Shown: positions 18,495 through 32,200 of the stretch, in pieces
Layout: each line of letters starts with the position of its first letter
How positions within the stretch are numbered: position 1 is the stretch's first letter
Source of the DNA: Caecitellus pseudoparvulus
Taxonomy: Eukaryota > Protista > Bigyra: Bicosoecida
Assembly: GCA_965644315.1 (NCBI GenBank)
Contig: CBFFRQ010000069.1
Coordinates: forward strand, 124,001-188,000
Direction: 5' to 3'
Length of the DNA stretch: 64,000 nucleotides
Program-made: the position numbers and the translations under genes
The notes under the pieces: generated by a model
Told to the model about the DNA's origin: nothing
Database searches by the model: none
The model's input: the letters and a program-made list of their open reading frames with translations, nothing else

Positions 18495-19751
18495 ATGGAC
18501 GCCAAGGTCGTGCACTTTCTGTCCCTGCTGGGCGCCAGGGACGCGGTGAACAAGGTGCGCCACGGGCGTTGCCAGCGACGCCCAACGGCAGGCGCACAGC
18601 ACGAGTCGCCACGGGCCCCCACGTGCCCCCACGCAGACACTGCAACATGCCCTCAAGGTGATTGCCTGGCATGCCTCTCTGCATGGTGCCAAATCCCTCG
18701 CAAGGCGGTGCGTCGTGGTGCTGCCCGCTGCAAAGCACCGGCTCCGCACTCGTGCACAATTCCCGCACCCACAGGTGCACCAAATCGGCACGCAGTGTGT
18801 CCAGCGCGCGGCGCATCTTCAGGCTGGGGGCCTTTCTGGCCCACCTTCGCGCACTCGCCTCCATCGACTTCTCCATGCGGGACATGCACGGCATGGAGCA
18901 CTTGCTGGCTGCCGTCCGGCACACGAGCTTCGCAGCTTTCTTCGCACTGGACAGCACGCTGCTGCTGGGCAGCCTGGCCGGGGCGCCTGGCGGCGTGTTC
19001 TCGAGCGTGAGCGGTGCTGCCCACCGCTTCTGGTGCGTGCCTGCCGCGCGTGCCTGCAGCCTGCGCAGCGTCTCTGACACCTTCCCATCTCTGCCTGCAG
19101 GGGAGTGGGGCTCGCCGCTGCTGCGCTGTCTGACTTAGCGCGCCTCCTGCACGCCAGCCAGTCGCTCCACGCCTTGGAGGAGTCACACCAGCGCAGCAAG
19201 TGGGGCCAGCGGGTCTCTCTTGCCCGGTCCACGCCGCCTGGGCTGTGGGCGGGGGGGCAACCAAATGCCGGGGCGACCGACACCCCCCCCACGCCCGCCC
19301 ACCCCTGCGCCACCACAGGGGTGGGCGGTGGCGCGGCGGGAGGGGGCACTGGAGACCCTGCCAGCGCCGCCTCAAAGGGCACGGCTCGGCGCCTGGTGTG
19401 GGAGGAGGAGGAGGAGGCCAAAGCATCCCACGGCAAAGACAGCCCTACCGGGGGACCTCCCCACGCTGCGGCCCACACCCCCGCACAGCTGCGCAGCGCT
19501 AGGGCTGCTGTGCAAAGCAAGCAGACAGCCCTGTGCCTGCGCCTCGTCAAGGTGAGTGGCGCGAGAGTGCCCCACGGAGCTTGGCAGGTGCACGCGCCCG
19601 CCCCACTGCCGCTCTGCAGACTCTCCTCAGCCTGCTGGTGGCCCTGCATGGCGGAGGGCTGCTGCCTGGCGTGCACCCCACTGTCGTGGCATATGCAGGC
19701 ATGCTGTCCGGGGTGCTGGCCGCTGTGCGTGTGTGGCAGGCGTTGCCGTGA
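18495..19751 (+). CDS. PEX11: Peroxisomal membrane protein PEX11 family (5 exons)
   Basis: The spliced product reads MDAKVVHFLSLLGARDAVNK|TLQHALKVIAW...SVSSARRIFRLG...FFALDSTLLL...AHRFW|GVGL...LRLVK|TLLSLLVALH...AGMLSGVLAAVRVW. These are typical PEX11 motifs, joined by GT..AG introns. Confidence 0.75.
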
Positions 19752-19979
19752 GGGGTGCCGGGTTTGCCGCCGCTCCAACTGCACGGCGCCTGCACATGCA
19801 CGCTGGCAGACGGAGCATAATCTAATGATACTGATTCAGCCCTCACAGTTGCCCCCTGCAGGCCTGCCCCCACTGCAGGGTGGGTGTTCGTAGTCTTGGT
19901 CGCCAGGCGTTTCGCGTTTCAGGTGTCAGAGCCAACCTGTCACCGCGGCGACGCAGGTGAAATCACAACCCAGCTCAGC

Positions 19980-21609
19980 ATGGAGGATCCCAAGGCACGG
20001 TCCATGAGCGAGTCCTCGCACCGGGGTCAGTTCAGGCGAGGACAGCGTGGTGGGGGGCGCAGCCGGAGGGGGTCGCGTGCGGCAGCGCAGAGCAAGCCCT
20101 CCCAAGTGCAAGAAGCCCAGTCCAACGGCCAGCGGCAGCAGGAGGGGGACAAGTTCAAGACCAAGCTGTGTGTCTTTCACACCTCTGCTGAGGGTTGCCC
20201 CTACGGCGACAACTGCTTGTTCGCTCACGGTGCGTGGGAGAGCCTCCGCACACCACCTCGCGGGCAACGCCGCAAGCTGAGAGCCGCTCAGGCGCCATCC
20301 CAGCCGCCCAAACGACACCCCCCCCCCCGTGCCTGTCGGGTGCATTGCATGTACCTCCTCCCTCCATGCCCTTGCAGGCGTGCATGAGCTGCGAGCTGAC
20401 ATGTCTGGACGCAAGGCTCCCAGCAGCAGCCTGTCAGACAACCCCCTGTTCAAGACGAAGCTGTGCAAGCACTGGACGACGTCAGACCACAAGTTCTGCC
20501 CACACTCCACTCGTTGTGTCTTCGCGCATGGCGAACATGAGCTGCGCAGCATTGGCTCCCGGTCTGACCCAAACCAGCCCTCCCAGGCACAGGGTGCCAC
20601 AGGGGCACTGCACCAGGCCGGCGGCGACTCAAGCCGAGCGCTGCGAGGGCGCCAGGCAGCGCCGCCGGAGCCACTTGCAGGACAGGAGGACTCCATGTGG
20701 CAGCCGCCGCCCCACCCAAGCACCATCATGGCTGCTGGCGGAGCCATGTCCGCTGCTGCTGGCATGCCACCCGGTGTCTCGCCGCTCACCCAAGACCCAT
20801 CCCTGGCGTGGGGAGGCATGCCACCGGGGCAGGAGTCCATGTCCCCCCACGCCATGCTGGCAGCCATGTACGGCAGCAACATGCAGCACGCCGCTGCCGT
20901 GCTGGCCCACTCCTGGATGGGAGGGGGGATGCCCCCCCCCCATCCAGGCCACCCCACCCGCAGCCCCGTCACGGCTGCTCCAGCGCCCTCCTGGTCCATG
21001 CCTGGGCCCGGGCCGGGGCCCTACATGCCCGGCCCAGGTGTGTCCCCCATGGTGGGGGGGGGCTCCCCACCGGGCGGAGGGGGGGGTGACCAGCAGGCCG
21101 CCGCCCTGCGCATCCTCTCCGACTTCAACGTCATGTCCCTGCCCAACGTGACGGCTGTACTACGCCAGCTGGCCGCCGAACAGCCTGAACTCCTCAGAGC
21201 AGTGCAAGATGCCGCCAGCAAGCTGGGGCAGCCGCTGCCAGCCCTCAGCTCGACAGGCGGCCCCTCCCCCGCTGCCTTGCCCCCCCCACCCAGCGCTGCG
21301 TCGAGTGGCTCAGAGGACAAGGACAGCCCACCTGGCGATGTGGCGGGAGCGCAGAGTGCACCCCAGGAAGGCGGCCTGGGCAGCGCGGGCGGCCTGGAGG
21401 GGGACGGCGGCCTGGGGTGTGTGGGGCTGTTTGGGGGCGGCGGCATGTGGGGTGTGGGCGGCGGCTTTTCCCCCCTCTGGCACAGCACCCCGCCCATGGA
21501 GCCCACTGGCGGGGAAGCTGGGCATGGGCACCCCTCCGCGCTGGAGGGGCTGTACCCGGTGGCCAGCGCTCAGGGCGACGCCTGGGCGCCCTCAGCGCTC
21601 AGCCAGTAA
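19980..21609 (+). CDS. Tandem CCCH zinc-finger RNA-binding protein (TTP/ZFP36-like fingers) with low-complexity G/P/M tail
   Basis: KFKTKLCVFHTSAEGCPYGDNCLFAHG|VHELR and FKTKLCKHWTTSDHKFCPHSTRCVFAHGEHELR. Intron 20230-20377 (GTGCGT..TTGCAG). Confidence 0.88.
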
Positions 21610-21953
21610 GTGCGGTAATGTGTACGCACTCGCTGGCGCGGCATGATGTGTAAGACGGGGGGCGTGGTGTGCGTGCGGCTGGCATGCGCGGCGCCCCCAC
21701 TGTTTGTTTGGCTTGATTTGCCCTGCTGTGGGCCAGGCCGTGGTTGCGTGACAATGCAACGCAGCTGCACCCCCCCTCCCTGCAAGGCCACGCTGCACCG
21801 TGAGGCAAAATCAAGGCGTGGATCAAGCCTGCAGCGGCGCGCCTCGAGTTGTGCTGGGCACGTGGCGCAGTGGACGTGCTTTTGTGGTGGCTGGGCGCCG
21901 AGCACCACTTGGCCTGAAGCCTGCGGATTTTGACACCAGCGTCGGTGTCAACC

Positions 21954-24761
21954 ATGCCGTCATGGTTTCGCTCGGAAGAGATGGAGTACAGGTCGTTCAC
22001 TGTACGGGATCATGTTGCGTACGACGTTGTCATGGCGCTGGGGGAGCGTGGCCTGATGCACTTTGTTGACGTAGGTAGTGCTCTACTTCCGCACCGAGGC
22101 CGCCGCAAAGGGCTGCACTGAGCTGGCCTGTGGCACCGCTCGCAGATGCAAGAGGACATGACGGCATTCAAACGCGAATTCACGCCGTACATTCGGCGGT
22201 GTGGAGAGCTGGAGGGCGTCTTGAGCGAGTTCTCCAAGGCCATGGAGGTGCAGCGCATCCACATCGTGCCTGCCAGCCCTGCCAAGTATGAGGCATGGGT
22301 GCGGGAGACTCTGGCGTCCCGCACAGACCGCAGTAGCTTGCTGGACATTGTGGAGAGTGCCGTGCAGGAGCGTCACCGAGTGTACCGCCAGTCTGTCTCC
22401 ATGCGCGACGAGTTCGCACCGGCGCTGTACGGGCTGATCGAGCAGCGCGAGACGGTGGCAAAAGCCACCCAGCTCTTCCAGTTCGACTTGGGGGGCATGG
22501 AGCATGAGGAGTTGGAGGGTGGGGAGGACACGGGCATGTCCCTGTCGCAGATGGATGCTCTCATGGCGGGAGGGGGCTCACAGGGCGTGGGGCTTGGCGC
22601 ATCAGCGCCAGCCGCGCCGGCCCACGGCTCAGTTATGGACAGCGGGGCGCTCGCGGTGGGGGACGGGGAATTTGAGAGTGAGTACAGGTTCCGGCATCTA
22701 GCGGGGGTCGTGCCCACTGCCGAGGTGCCGCGTTTCGAGCGACTGGTCGTGCGCACCTCCAAGCGCCAAGCGTACGTGCGGTTTGCTGACATCACTGACA
22801 AGGATTTGATGGACGAGGGGCGAAACCCCATCAAGAAGACAGTGTTTCTGATTTTCTACCGCCTGCCATCCCTGGAGAAGCGCCTTGAGCGCTTGTGTGA
22901 CTCGTTCGGCAAGAAGTACGACATCCCGCGTTTCAACGCTGCCACCAGTTCGCGAGCTGCAGTGCGGCGCAGCATCCAAGGCCTGGAGTCTGAAATCCGG
23001 CAACAGCTGCACACACTGCGGGCCTGGCGTGTGACGCTGGCGGCAGAGCTGCGGCAAGTGGCGCAGGAGTGGGACTTGCACCGGCAGGCTGTGCAGCGCG
23101 CCAAGGCGACGTACGCCGCGCTGAACCTCTTCACCCGCTCCTCCGCTGAGATGCTGACAGTGCGTGGGTGGGTGCGCAAGGTGGACGTGCCTGTCGTGGA
23201 GGATGTGCTGCTGCGCGTGAACACGCCAGTGGGGGGCGGCGCCCCCCTCACGTACCTGCACCGAGCTGTCCCGGTTCCATGGCCGAAGGAGCCGACCCAC
23301 TTCCAAACCACTGACTTCACGAAGGGCTTCCAGGTCATGGTGGACACCTTCGGCATCCCGCGGTACCGGGAGATCAACCCTGCCCTGTTCACGGCAATCA
23401 CCTTCCCCTTCATGTTCGGCATGATGTACGGCGACGTGGGGCACTCCTCTGTCCTGCTGTGCGCCGGCCTGTTCATGCTGTGGAACGAAGCCAAGCTCAA
23501 GCGCGCAGAGCTGGGGGACATTTTGGGCATGGCTTTCTCCGGGCGGTACATGCTGGTGCTCATGGCGTCCTTCGGCATCTACTGCGGCCTCATGTACAAC
23601 GACTTCTTCGGGCTGAGCCTGGAGCTGGCGCCCTCCACGTGGGAGTTCCCCTGCGACAACTGCACCGTGGCAGAGCGCGTGGCCCACGGCGGCTCCCGTG
23701 TGCCGCCCTTCGGCGCAGACCCCATCTGGCACATCACCACCAACGAGCTGGGCTATTACAACAGCCTGAAGATGAAGATGTCGGTCGTGTTCGGCGTCGT
23801 GCACATGACCTTCGGCCTCGTCCTGCGGGCCATGAACGACGCTTACTTCGGGGACTGGCTCACCTTTTGGACGGAGACAGTGCCCCAGTTCATCTTCCTG
23901 CAGTCTCTCTTCGGGTACATGGTGCTCCTCATCCTCATGAAGTGGGCCATCGACTGGTCTGTCCCCGGCGCAGGGCAACCCCCCAACCTCATCGACCAGA
24001 TGATCGGCATCGTCCTGACGCCTGGCACGGTGGCAGAGCCCATGTACGAGGGGCAGGCAGGTGTGCAGGTGTTCTTGCTCCTCCTCGCCTTCGTGTGTGT
24101 GCCGTGGATGCTGTTCGCCAAGCCCTGCCTGCAGTGGCGGTGGGCGACACAGGCCCAGGCGGGGCCCGCCTTCGCCCGCCTGCACGAAGGGGAGACACGC
24201 GAGTTGCTGTCAGACACCTCCAGCGAGGCGTCAGGGCCGGCCAGCTCCCTTGGCTTGCGGGCCGGCGTCGGGGCTGGGGATGTCCACGGTGGCTACGTCG
24301 CTGCGCCAGCGGAGGCAGCAGGGCCAGTGGGGGATGAAGGGCACGGGCACGGCGAGTTTGACTTCACTGACGCCATGGTGCACTCAGGCATCGAGACGAT
24401 CGAGTTCGTGCTGGGCGGCGTCAGCAACACAGCCTCCTACCTGCGTCTGTGGGCGCTGTCCCTCGCGCACTCTGAGTTGGCGGCTGTGTTCTGGGAGCGC
24501 GCCTTCCAGGCCACTCTGGACAGCGGCAACTTCGTCATGATTTTCGTGGGGTACGGCGCCTTCGCGGGGGCCACCATGGGCGTGCTGCTGCTCATGGACG
24601 TGCTGGAGTGCGTGCTGCACGCCCTGCGTCTGCACTGGGTGGAGTTCCAGAGCAAGTTCTACAAGGCAGACGGGTACAACTTCGCCCCCCTGGACCTGGG
24701 CCAGGTGGTGCGTGAAACGGCCCCTCGGCTGTCTCTGACCACGGACGGGCAGCCGCAGTGA
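21954..24761 (+). CDS. VPH1: V-type proton ATPase subunit a (V0 sector)
   Basis: N-terminus MPSWFRSEEM, intron 22071-22145. Motifs YREINPA, FPFMFGMMYGDVGH, NSLKMKMS, SNTASYLRLWALSLAH (essential Arg) and LRLHWVEFQSKFY. Confidence 0.97.
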
Positions 24762-24838
24762 CGCGGGAGGGGCCAAATTCAACCTGTATCCCCGCTACGC
24801 CCCGTGACGGGCGCTGCATCGCATGAAACAGCCAGGCC

Positions 24839-26176
24839 ATGGCAGCTGCCACGGGCGGTGGGGAGGCACCACCGCCACCCCTGCACCCGATCGAGGCGCA
24901 GCGAGCCATTGCTGTCCTGGAGGATGCCCGGGAGAAGCTGCTCTTCCTGTCCCGCATCACGCCTGGCATCTCAGAGCACAAGCAGGAGCTGTCTCAGGCT
25001 GTTGGTGATGAAATTCAAAAGTTGATGGCTGAGCAGCAAGAGTTGGAGGCGCGCTTTGAGGCGCTCACCCGGGCTCGACAGGAGGCAGAGGTGAGGCGCA
25101 TGAAACGCACGCACGACCTGCACGCCGAGCACACGCCGCCACCCCGACGGCGATGCAGGTCGCGTCAAATCGAGCAAAGAAGAAAGAAATCACAGAGGAG
25201 CTCAAGTCCTTGTCACACGCGTTGCGGGAGAGCTCCAAACACCTTGCACGCAGTCTGAAGGTGCGCCGGCGCTGGCGTTTCGCGCCGACATTTCCCACCG
25301 ACGACCGCCCCTGCCGCCTGACCCCCCTGCCTGGCACAGGAGAACCCCAACGTGGGGGAGAACTTGGAGAAGATCTCTGCAGAACGAGAAGAGCTCCAAG
25401 CTCTGCTTGGTGTCACCATCCAGCAGCTGAAGGAGGGAGGGACTTTCACGGCACTGGTGGACTTCATCCAAGCTGAGAAAGAGGCCACTCAGCGCCTGAG
25501 GGACATCGAGGACCAGGAGCGTGCGATGCGGGAGCGAGTGCGGGAGCTCAGCTCTCGCCTTGACGCCGAGAGCAGCAAGCACGAAGCAGACATGGAGGAG
25601 AAGACGGCCCACATCGAGCGCCTGAAGGCAGAGCTGCGCACACTGCGCATCGAGACGACGCTGGAGTCTCGCGTGGCGCGCAAGGAAGCAGTGGCCTCCA
25701 CCGCAGCAGTGGCCCGCCTGCATCGCGCCGTGGAGGAGGAGAAGCAGGCAGAGGTGGCCAGTGTCGCTTCCCGCAAGGCCACCGAGCTCCGCGTGCACAG
25801 CGAGGTAGCAGCCTTCCTGGCCGAGCAGCACAAGGCCCTGGCGGCCAAGGTGAAGGAGTGGGAGGCTCGCACGGGGGAAGACGTCGCCTCCAAGCAGGCG
25901 GAACTGAAAGGCCTGCTGGCAGAGCTGCTGGCCGACGAGGCTGAGCTGGGGGAATTGACGTCGCGTTTCGCCGCGGAGGAGGCCGCTGCCAGCCAGCGCC
26001 AGGCTGAGCTCCAGGCATCCTTGCAGGCCAAGCAACATGCCAAGCGCCTGGCTGAGTTGCAGGCGGCGGCAGCGGAGCGCCTGCAGGGTGCACTGCTGCC
26101 CAAGTGGCAGCACATCAAGGTCAAGCGCAGCGCCGAGAAGGAGCTGAAGAAGAAGAAGAAAGGGAAGAAGAAGTGA
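24839..26176 (+). CDS. DRC9: Dynein regulatory complex protein 9 (IQCG-like)
   Basis: IEAQRAIAVLEDAREKL..., ENPNVGENLEKI..ER...GTFTAL, ELRVHSEVAAFL, degenerate IQ motif and Lys-rich tail KKKKKGKKK. Introns at ~25091-25158 and 25261-25339. Confidence 0.75.
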
Positions 26177-26245
26177 TCGCCAAGGGTCGGCCTGTGAAAC
26201 GAATGAATTGCACAAACACGACACCGGAATGACACACGCCGACCC

Positions 26246-29200
26246 TCAAGTCGACCCGCGCCTCCGATGCTCGTTGGCACCCCCGCCACGTGCAGGCAGG
26301 CGGCCAACGCTGGCCACTGCTGCCCGGCCCATGCCAGGGGAAGGCGAGCCTGCCTCCTCACCCACGCACCCAGGCAGATCGAAGCTGACCTCCCCCGTCC
26401 CTGTCAATGGCCCAGACAAGTCCATTGTCTTGCTGGCAGGCACGTGCAGCATGTACAGGCCGGAAGAAGCCGACATCTCGTACTCTTCTGCAGCGGAGGT
26501 GGCGGCGTGCGCGCCACTCCGGCGCTGTCGCCTGTGAGGGCTGCGCAGCGCCTCCGTCCCTGCGTCCTCGCCGTCAGACGGCAAGCTTGGCAGGGAGGTC
26601 ATGGCTGGGTCGGTGCCACCTGAAGGCTGCACCTGCACATCCTCTTCTGCACTGGTGCACCCGCCGGCATCCCCAGGACCAGGCGCCAGGGACTGCTGCA
26701 TGCTTGGCGTGGCGCCCTGCACTGGCGAGTCCTCTGAGCTCCGGGACGAGTTGGATGTGGACAAGCGCATGTCCGGATCATCGCGTGGCGGCAGGCCTCC
26801 CCGATACGGCAGGCCCATCCGCAGGGCCATGTCCACGGGCATGCCGTGCCGCCCGTCCTCGCTGACATCCACGCTCCACACGGTGCCACACCGCTCCGAC
26901 TCGTCCCCTGCTGCACTGCCCCAGCTCAGCTTGGGCTGGTGCCCTGGCAAGTTGGCTGGTGCGCACGCGGCCACAAGCTCAGCACACTCCCGAGGAATGC
27001 AGACGGCTGTCTTTGGTGTCATGGCCCCGCTGGGAACGCTTCCCGTCTTACTCAGCTCAGGGGATGTCGAGAGCCCCACGGGAGCTGCTTCCTGCGCTCG
27101 CTCAAGCGTCATGGCCGGCACCCCTGGACCTGCCCCCCCCTGCACACGGACAGGAGGAAGGGCAGACATGCCCACCTCCAACTCTGGCAGGGGACTTGCC
27201 CGAGAGCCCAACGGGCCTGATGTACCACATGACTGCCATGAGCTGTCGCCGTCATCTGCAGAGCCGACAGCCGAGCTGTCCGGGCGAAGCTTGCCTTCGC
27301 CCAAGAACACTGGGGCGCTGTCGTCGAAGAAGCTGTCTGCACCACCGTCTCTGCCGCTGTCCAAGTCATCCAGCATGGGGGTGGGCGGGCTGGCCACACG
27401 CCCTGAAAGCATCTCCATCGTCACCTGCTTCTTCTGACGCGGCAAAGACTGCAGGCGCGGGACTCGCCAAGCCAAGTATGCGGCCAGCAGGGCGCCGGCA
27501 CTGACCAGCACGCCAGCAGCTATGACAGCAGGCATGAACCGCGCCAGCACGGATTGCTCCGTAGACGCCTCTGCTGCGCCCTCGTCCTCCTCGGGCACTG
27601 GCCCAACTCCTCCCAGCGTGAACTGGTCCGCAGGCGTCGCAGCTACGACAGCCGACAGCTCCTCCTCATTCACTTCCGCCTGCTGCCGGCTGCCGTCTGA
27701 AGCCTGCCACACCAGGCTCGTCCGCGCACTGGGCTCCCACGTCAGTTGGGACAGGTCTGCAGTGACGTTCACTTCCGCCAGGGAGTCTGCGAGGGACGCC
27801 CTCCAAGACACAGACCCACCCGAAGGCGTCGGCAGAGTCGCATTGCACCCCAACAGCAGCGTCGCCCCTGCCAGCTGAGCAGCTTCGTCGGCGGTCATGG
27901 CCTGGGTTGGTCGCTCCTCGCCTTGCAGCTGCCGGGCAGCCATTGGCTGGACTGGAACGGTGAGCGCGACATCCACTCGCAGGCCTGACCGGGGGGGACG
28001 CAGCACAGCTGTCCCGAGCACTCGGACAGACAGCCGCGCCAATCGCTGCTCTAGAAAGCCAGCTACTACCGTGGCTCGGTGGAGCTGTGAAGGGGCCAGG
28101 CCCAGTGCAGCACGCACAGCATCATCGCCAATGGCTGCCGTCATTGCTTGCACGAGCGCCCGCAGTCGCCTCTCAACCATGCGGCCAGCGATGCTTCCAA
28201 GCATCTGGGCCGCCATACGTGCTGAGGCCAGGTCAATCTCTTCGTTCATGGACAGCAACACGAAGGTGTTCGCTGACACAGTGTCCAGCTCCGTGGTGAT
28301 GATTGGAGAGGAGGAGGGTGTCGGCAGCGGTGTGGAAGACCGCGAAGGACTCGCTGTACGGGTGGCACTGGGGCCTGGCTGCGATGTGCTAGGCGTGGCG
28401 CTGGCGCTGGACTTAGGCTCAAGTGAGGATGTGGGCTGGGGGCTGGTGCTCGCCGAGCTGCTAGCGGTGGGGGACACGAGCACTGCATGGCTCCCTGAAC
28501 TCGAGGCAGTCGCAGTCGGAGAGGATGTAGCAGTCCCAACGGCCGACTGAGCTGTTGTCGCTGTCGCTCCAGAAGTGGGCCTAGTCTCCGACGTGGACGC
28601 CGCAGTGACACTCGGGCTTGAGGAAGGCGAGGGGGTGCTGGATGTAGTTGCCGAGGCAGTCCCTGTCGCTGCTTGTGACGGGGTCACATGGCTGGTCACG
28701 ACAGCTGTGGAAGACGCGCTGACAGAAGTTGTGGCTGTGGCTGTGGCTGTGGCAGACACTGAAGTGCTTGCCAGTGCAGTCTCGCTTGGCGTTGCAGAGG
28801 CAGTGCCAGTGCGAGAAGGTGTTGAGGAAGCTGCGGACGTGGCAGCCATGCTCGCAGTTGAGCCTACCGTCCCGGAGACGGAGGACGTGGGGCTAGCAGA
28901 TGCGGATACTGATGCAGTTGCTGCAGGTGTCGGCCGAGCAGAAGAGGACGGCGGCGGAGTGTAGTGACGGGCGGCCTGGGCCTCAAAGTCGACCACTGAC
29001 TTCGGCAGGCGATGGGAAGGGGCAGCACCCGGCACTGGCATCTCACAGACAACAGCTTTGGAGTCAGTACAGTTTGCAGTGGTCATCGTCGGGACTCCGC
29101 CCACGTCAACAAAAGCTGCACACAGGCCGTTTGACTGCTGGCCAGGTGCGGCAGACCAGATGCCGGCGGAGTACGCCTGCACTTCGTTCCTGAACAGGGC

Positions 29201-32200
29201 TGCATGCGCGAATGAAAGCACTTGTGCGCCTTCAGCATGTGGGTGGTATCCCTGACACAGGGGCGCGACATCGGAGAACGTTGCGAGCGTCAGGGAGCGC
29301 GAGAAGCACTTGCCTTGCAAAGCGCCTTTCTGATCTGGCAGCAGGGCAAAGAACCAACCGCGAGGACAAGGGTCATGAACAAGGCGGGAGCAGATGGCAT
29401 GGTGGTACGCAGCGTGCTGCGCGATGCAAGGCACGGCATAAACGTGCCCGAAAGAGTCAAGTGCAGCGCACTTGTTGGTGGTGCCCTGCGGCTTGCCAGA
29501 CAGTGCCCACGGCACGTTGCGGGAGCTGCCATCATCATCAAACTCCCAGGAGTCTAGGTTGGAAAGCTCGTCGTCGGAGGTGCCTGATGGCGCTGAAAGG
29601 CCGATGTACGCAAGTGCAGAAGAGCCTTGGTCTATGGCCAGCCACTTGCCAGCGCGCCAAGCCATGTCAAAGCCGCGAATCGGGGCCAGAGTGCTGCGGT
29701 ACATCCCACACTCAAGCCGGGCTTGATCTGCGCTGTCAATTATCCCGTTGTACCCAGGTACGTTAATCGCGGAGATGCACAGGTCCCCGCTGAGGTGAGA
29801 TCCTGGAACCACATCTTGACAGGACCGTGGGCCTGAGCTCAATAGGTCGCTCAAATCCACTGCTGTGGAGCGTGCCAGCCACTGCATGGCTGTGGGAGGG
29901 TTCACCATGTCCACAGACCGCAAGCTTCCGTCCTCTGCAGATAGCCCGAACACGTCGTAGCCAGCAGGCTGTGGGTCGGGAAAGGCCATAGGCGACGAGT
30001 ACGGGGTGGACTCTTGAGTCGCAGGCATCCACTCAAAGGGGTCACCTACGGACGGAACAAAGGTGCCAAGCTCGAGGCCAGGGGAAGTTGCACGAAGGCG
30101 CGCAAAGCCGAGGAACAGCGTTTCGGTGTGAAGGTGGGGTGGCAAGTACTCGCGTCTGACATACTCAAGCATGCGCTCGCTTATCACCACCCCACGCCCC
30201 AGCCCAAAGTTGGAATCATCGACAAAGGCAGGGTTGCCAGGGCGCCCACCCTGGGGAGAAAAACCGGGACCGTCGAGCTTGTCTTCAACAAGCAAAGTGT
30301 TGGTTGCTACAGGGCTCATAACCTGGTAGCACGCTCCATTGTAATACCAAGTGTCAGGGTCTGAGCAGACGCTCTTGGGTGCAACGGCGCACACAAATGG
30401 CCAAACGGTAGATGATTCTGACCTCAGCTGCAGAACTCCAGAACTACGCTGCACAGCGAGCACATTCGCGGGGGGTGCGGAGGGACAGTGGATGGAGAGC
30501 AGGGAGCAAAGCAGCCTGCGCTCGCCCAAACCCCTCCGCGCAGACATACTAGGCAGAGCACTGGCGAGGGCCGGGAAAGTGCTGGCGGAGACCTCGACTG
30601 CAAGCTGATCCACCTGAAACAAGCCACTGGAGTTCAGGGAGATGCCCACGAGCGCCTCGCTGAACTGGGCCGAGCTGGATGCGCCGAACTCCCAAAGGCC
30701 GCGCATGGCTTCCAGCTCAACGGTTGACTCTGGAATCGCCAAGCCTGAGCCCCCCCATCCACGGCAAATATCCAGAGCCGAATCAGGCGCTGCGACGCTG
30801 GCAACGTCGCTTTGTGTAGAGGCCCGGAGGCACTTGCCCATGATCGGCGTCCACCCAGGAGGGCAGACCCACGGACCCTCCAATGTCAAATGCTGCCAAG
30901 TCTCCATGAAACACAGCGGAAGCGCCAGTGCGCTGCCGTTTCCGGTGCCTTCGCTTGCAAACAACTGGTTCCCATCCCACGAAAGGGGGGAGGTGGGGCT
31001 GCCATTCGTACCCGAATCAACAGAGAACGGGGGCGGCCACATTTTCCCAGAAGACAGCATGTAGTGGTTGCCCTGGACTCGCACAAATCCCACCCACGCA
31101 ACTGGGTTAGGAACAAGTGTCGTCACCTGCAGCATGTGCGTCTGTACAAAGCTGTCCACGCTTGGGTCAGAGCCGAGCGGGAGCAGTTCAGCCCCCACCT
31201 CGGCACACTGAGACACTGCCTGCGCAAAGGTGACAGGTTCCGGAAGCAGACGAATGCACGCCCCCAGCCCACTTGGCTGGTGCCACCCTGGGGCACAGAC
31301 TGGCATGGGCACCGGCACAAGAGCGGGTGGAAGTGTTTGGGTGTCTCTGTGACAAAGGTAAGGCAGGTACTTGTCACACGAGGCCAGTCTTGCCGAGGTC
31401 GCATCAGTTGACATGGCTAGGCAGCCTCCGTCAATTCTGCCTGACCCTGATGCCAGCACAGAGTCTGCCCATGCGCCTGAGAGCTGATGCAGGAAGGGTC
31501 CATGGTCGGCAGCTGCAGCACCCTTGACTGTCCATGAAGCGGGGCTGGTTGTGTTCACGCGCTCCAAGGCAGCCCTGACCCCGGTCCAGACTTCAGGAGC
31601 GGTGCTGTTCTTCAACAAGCTGTGCACTTCCGAATTCGTCAACGAGTCCATGAAGGACAGCACCATCCCCTGCTCTTCACATGTGCGGCGGGCGCTGTCC
31701 CATGACGCAGGCTCCTCACTAAACACGTACTCCATGTAGCCACTGACAGCGGCCGTGTGGTGCATCTGGCACACCGGCCGCACGGGGGCTTCGCAGTCTG
31801 TGCAGGGCGTGGAGGAGCGGCGGTGAGGCGGAGGGTGGAAGGCAAAGCTGCCGTATCACCGACGTACGCCGTTGAACAATCACCCCACCAAGCAAAGCAA
31901 AGCACTGGTGGTGCGAAGACGGGTCGTAGTGCGACAAGTTTAACGCTGCAGTGTCGACCAAGTGCCCAGTTTGCCACCGCGGGGCGCTCGCTGCGATGGT
32001 GACGTGGGGAAGCCGTGCGGTGTCAGGCACCAGGCCAGCAGCGTCGCCCGGTGCAACGCACCACGTTGGTCACCGGAAATGCCGATGGCATACATGTCTG
32101 TGGAGACCAGTCCCAGGTGCTCATAAAGCGCCTGCACGTCGTCCGAGGTCAAGGGCGCCGCGAGGGAAACGACGCGTGAATCCACGGCAGCACACATGCT

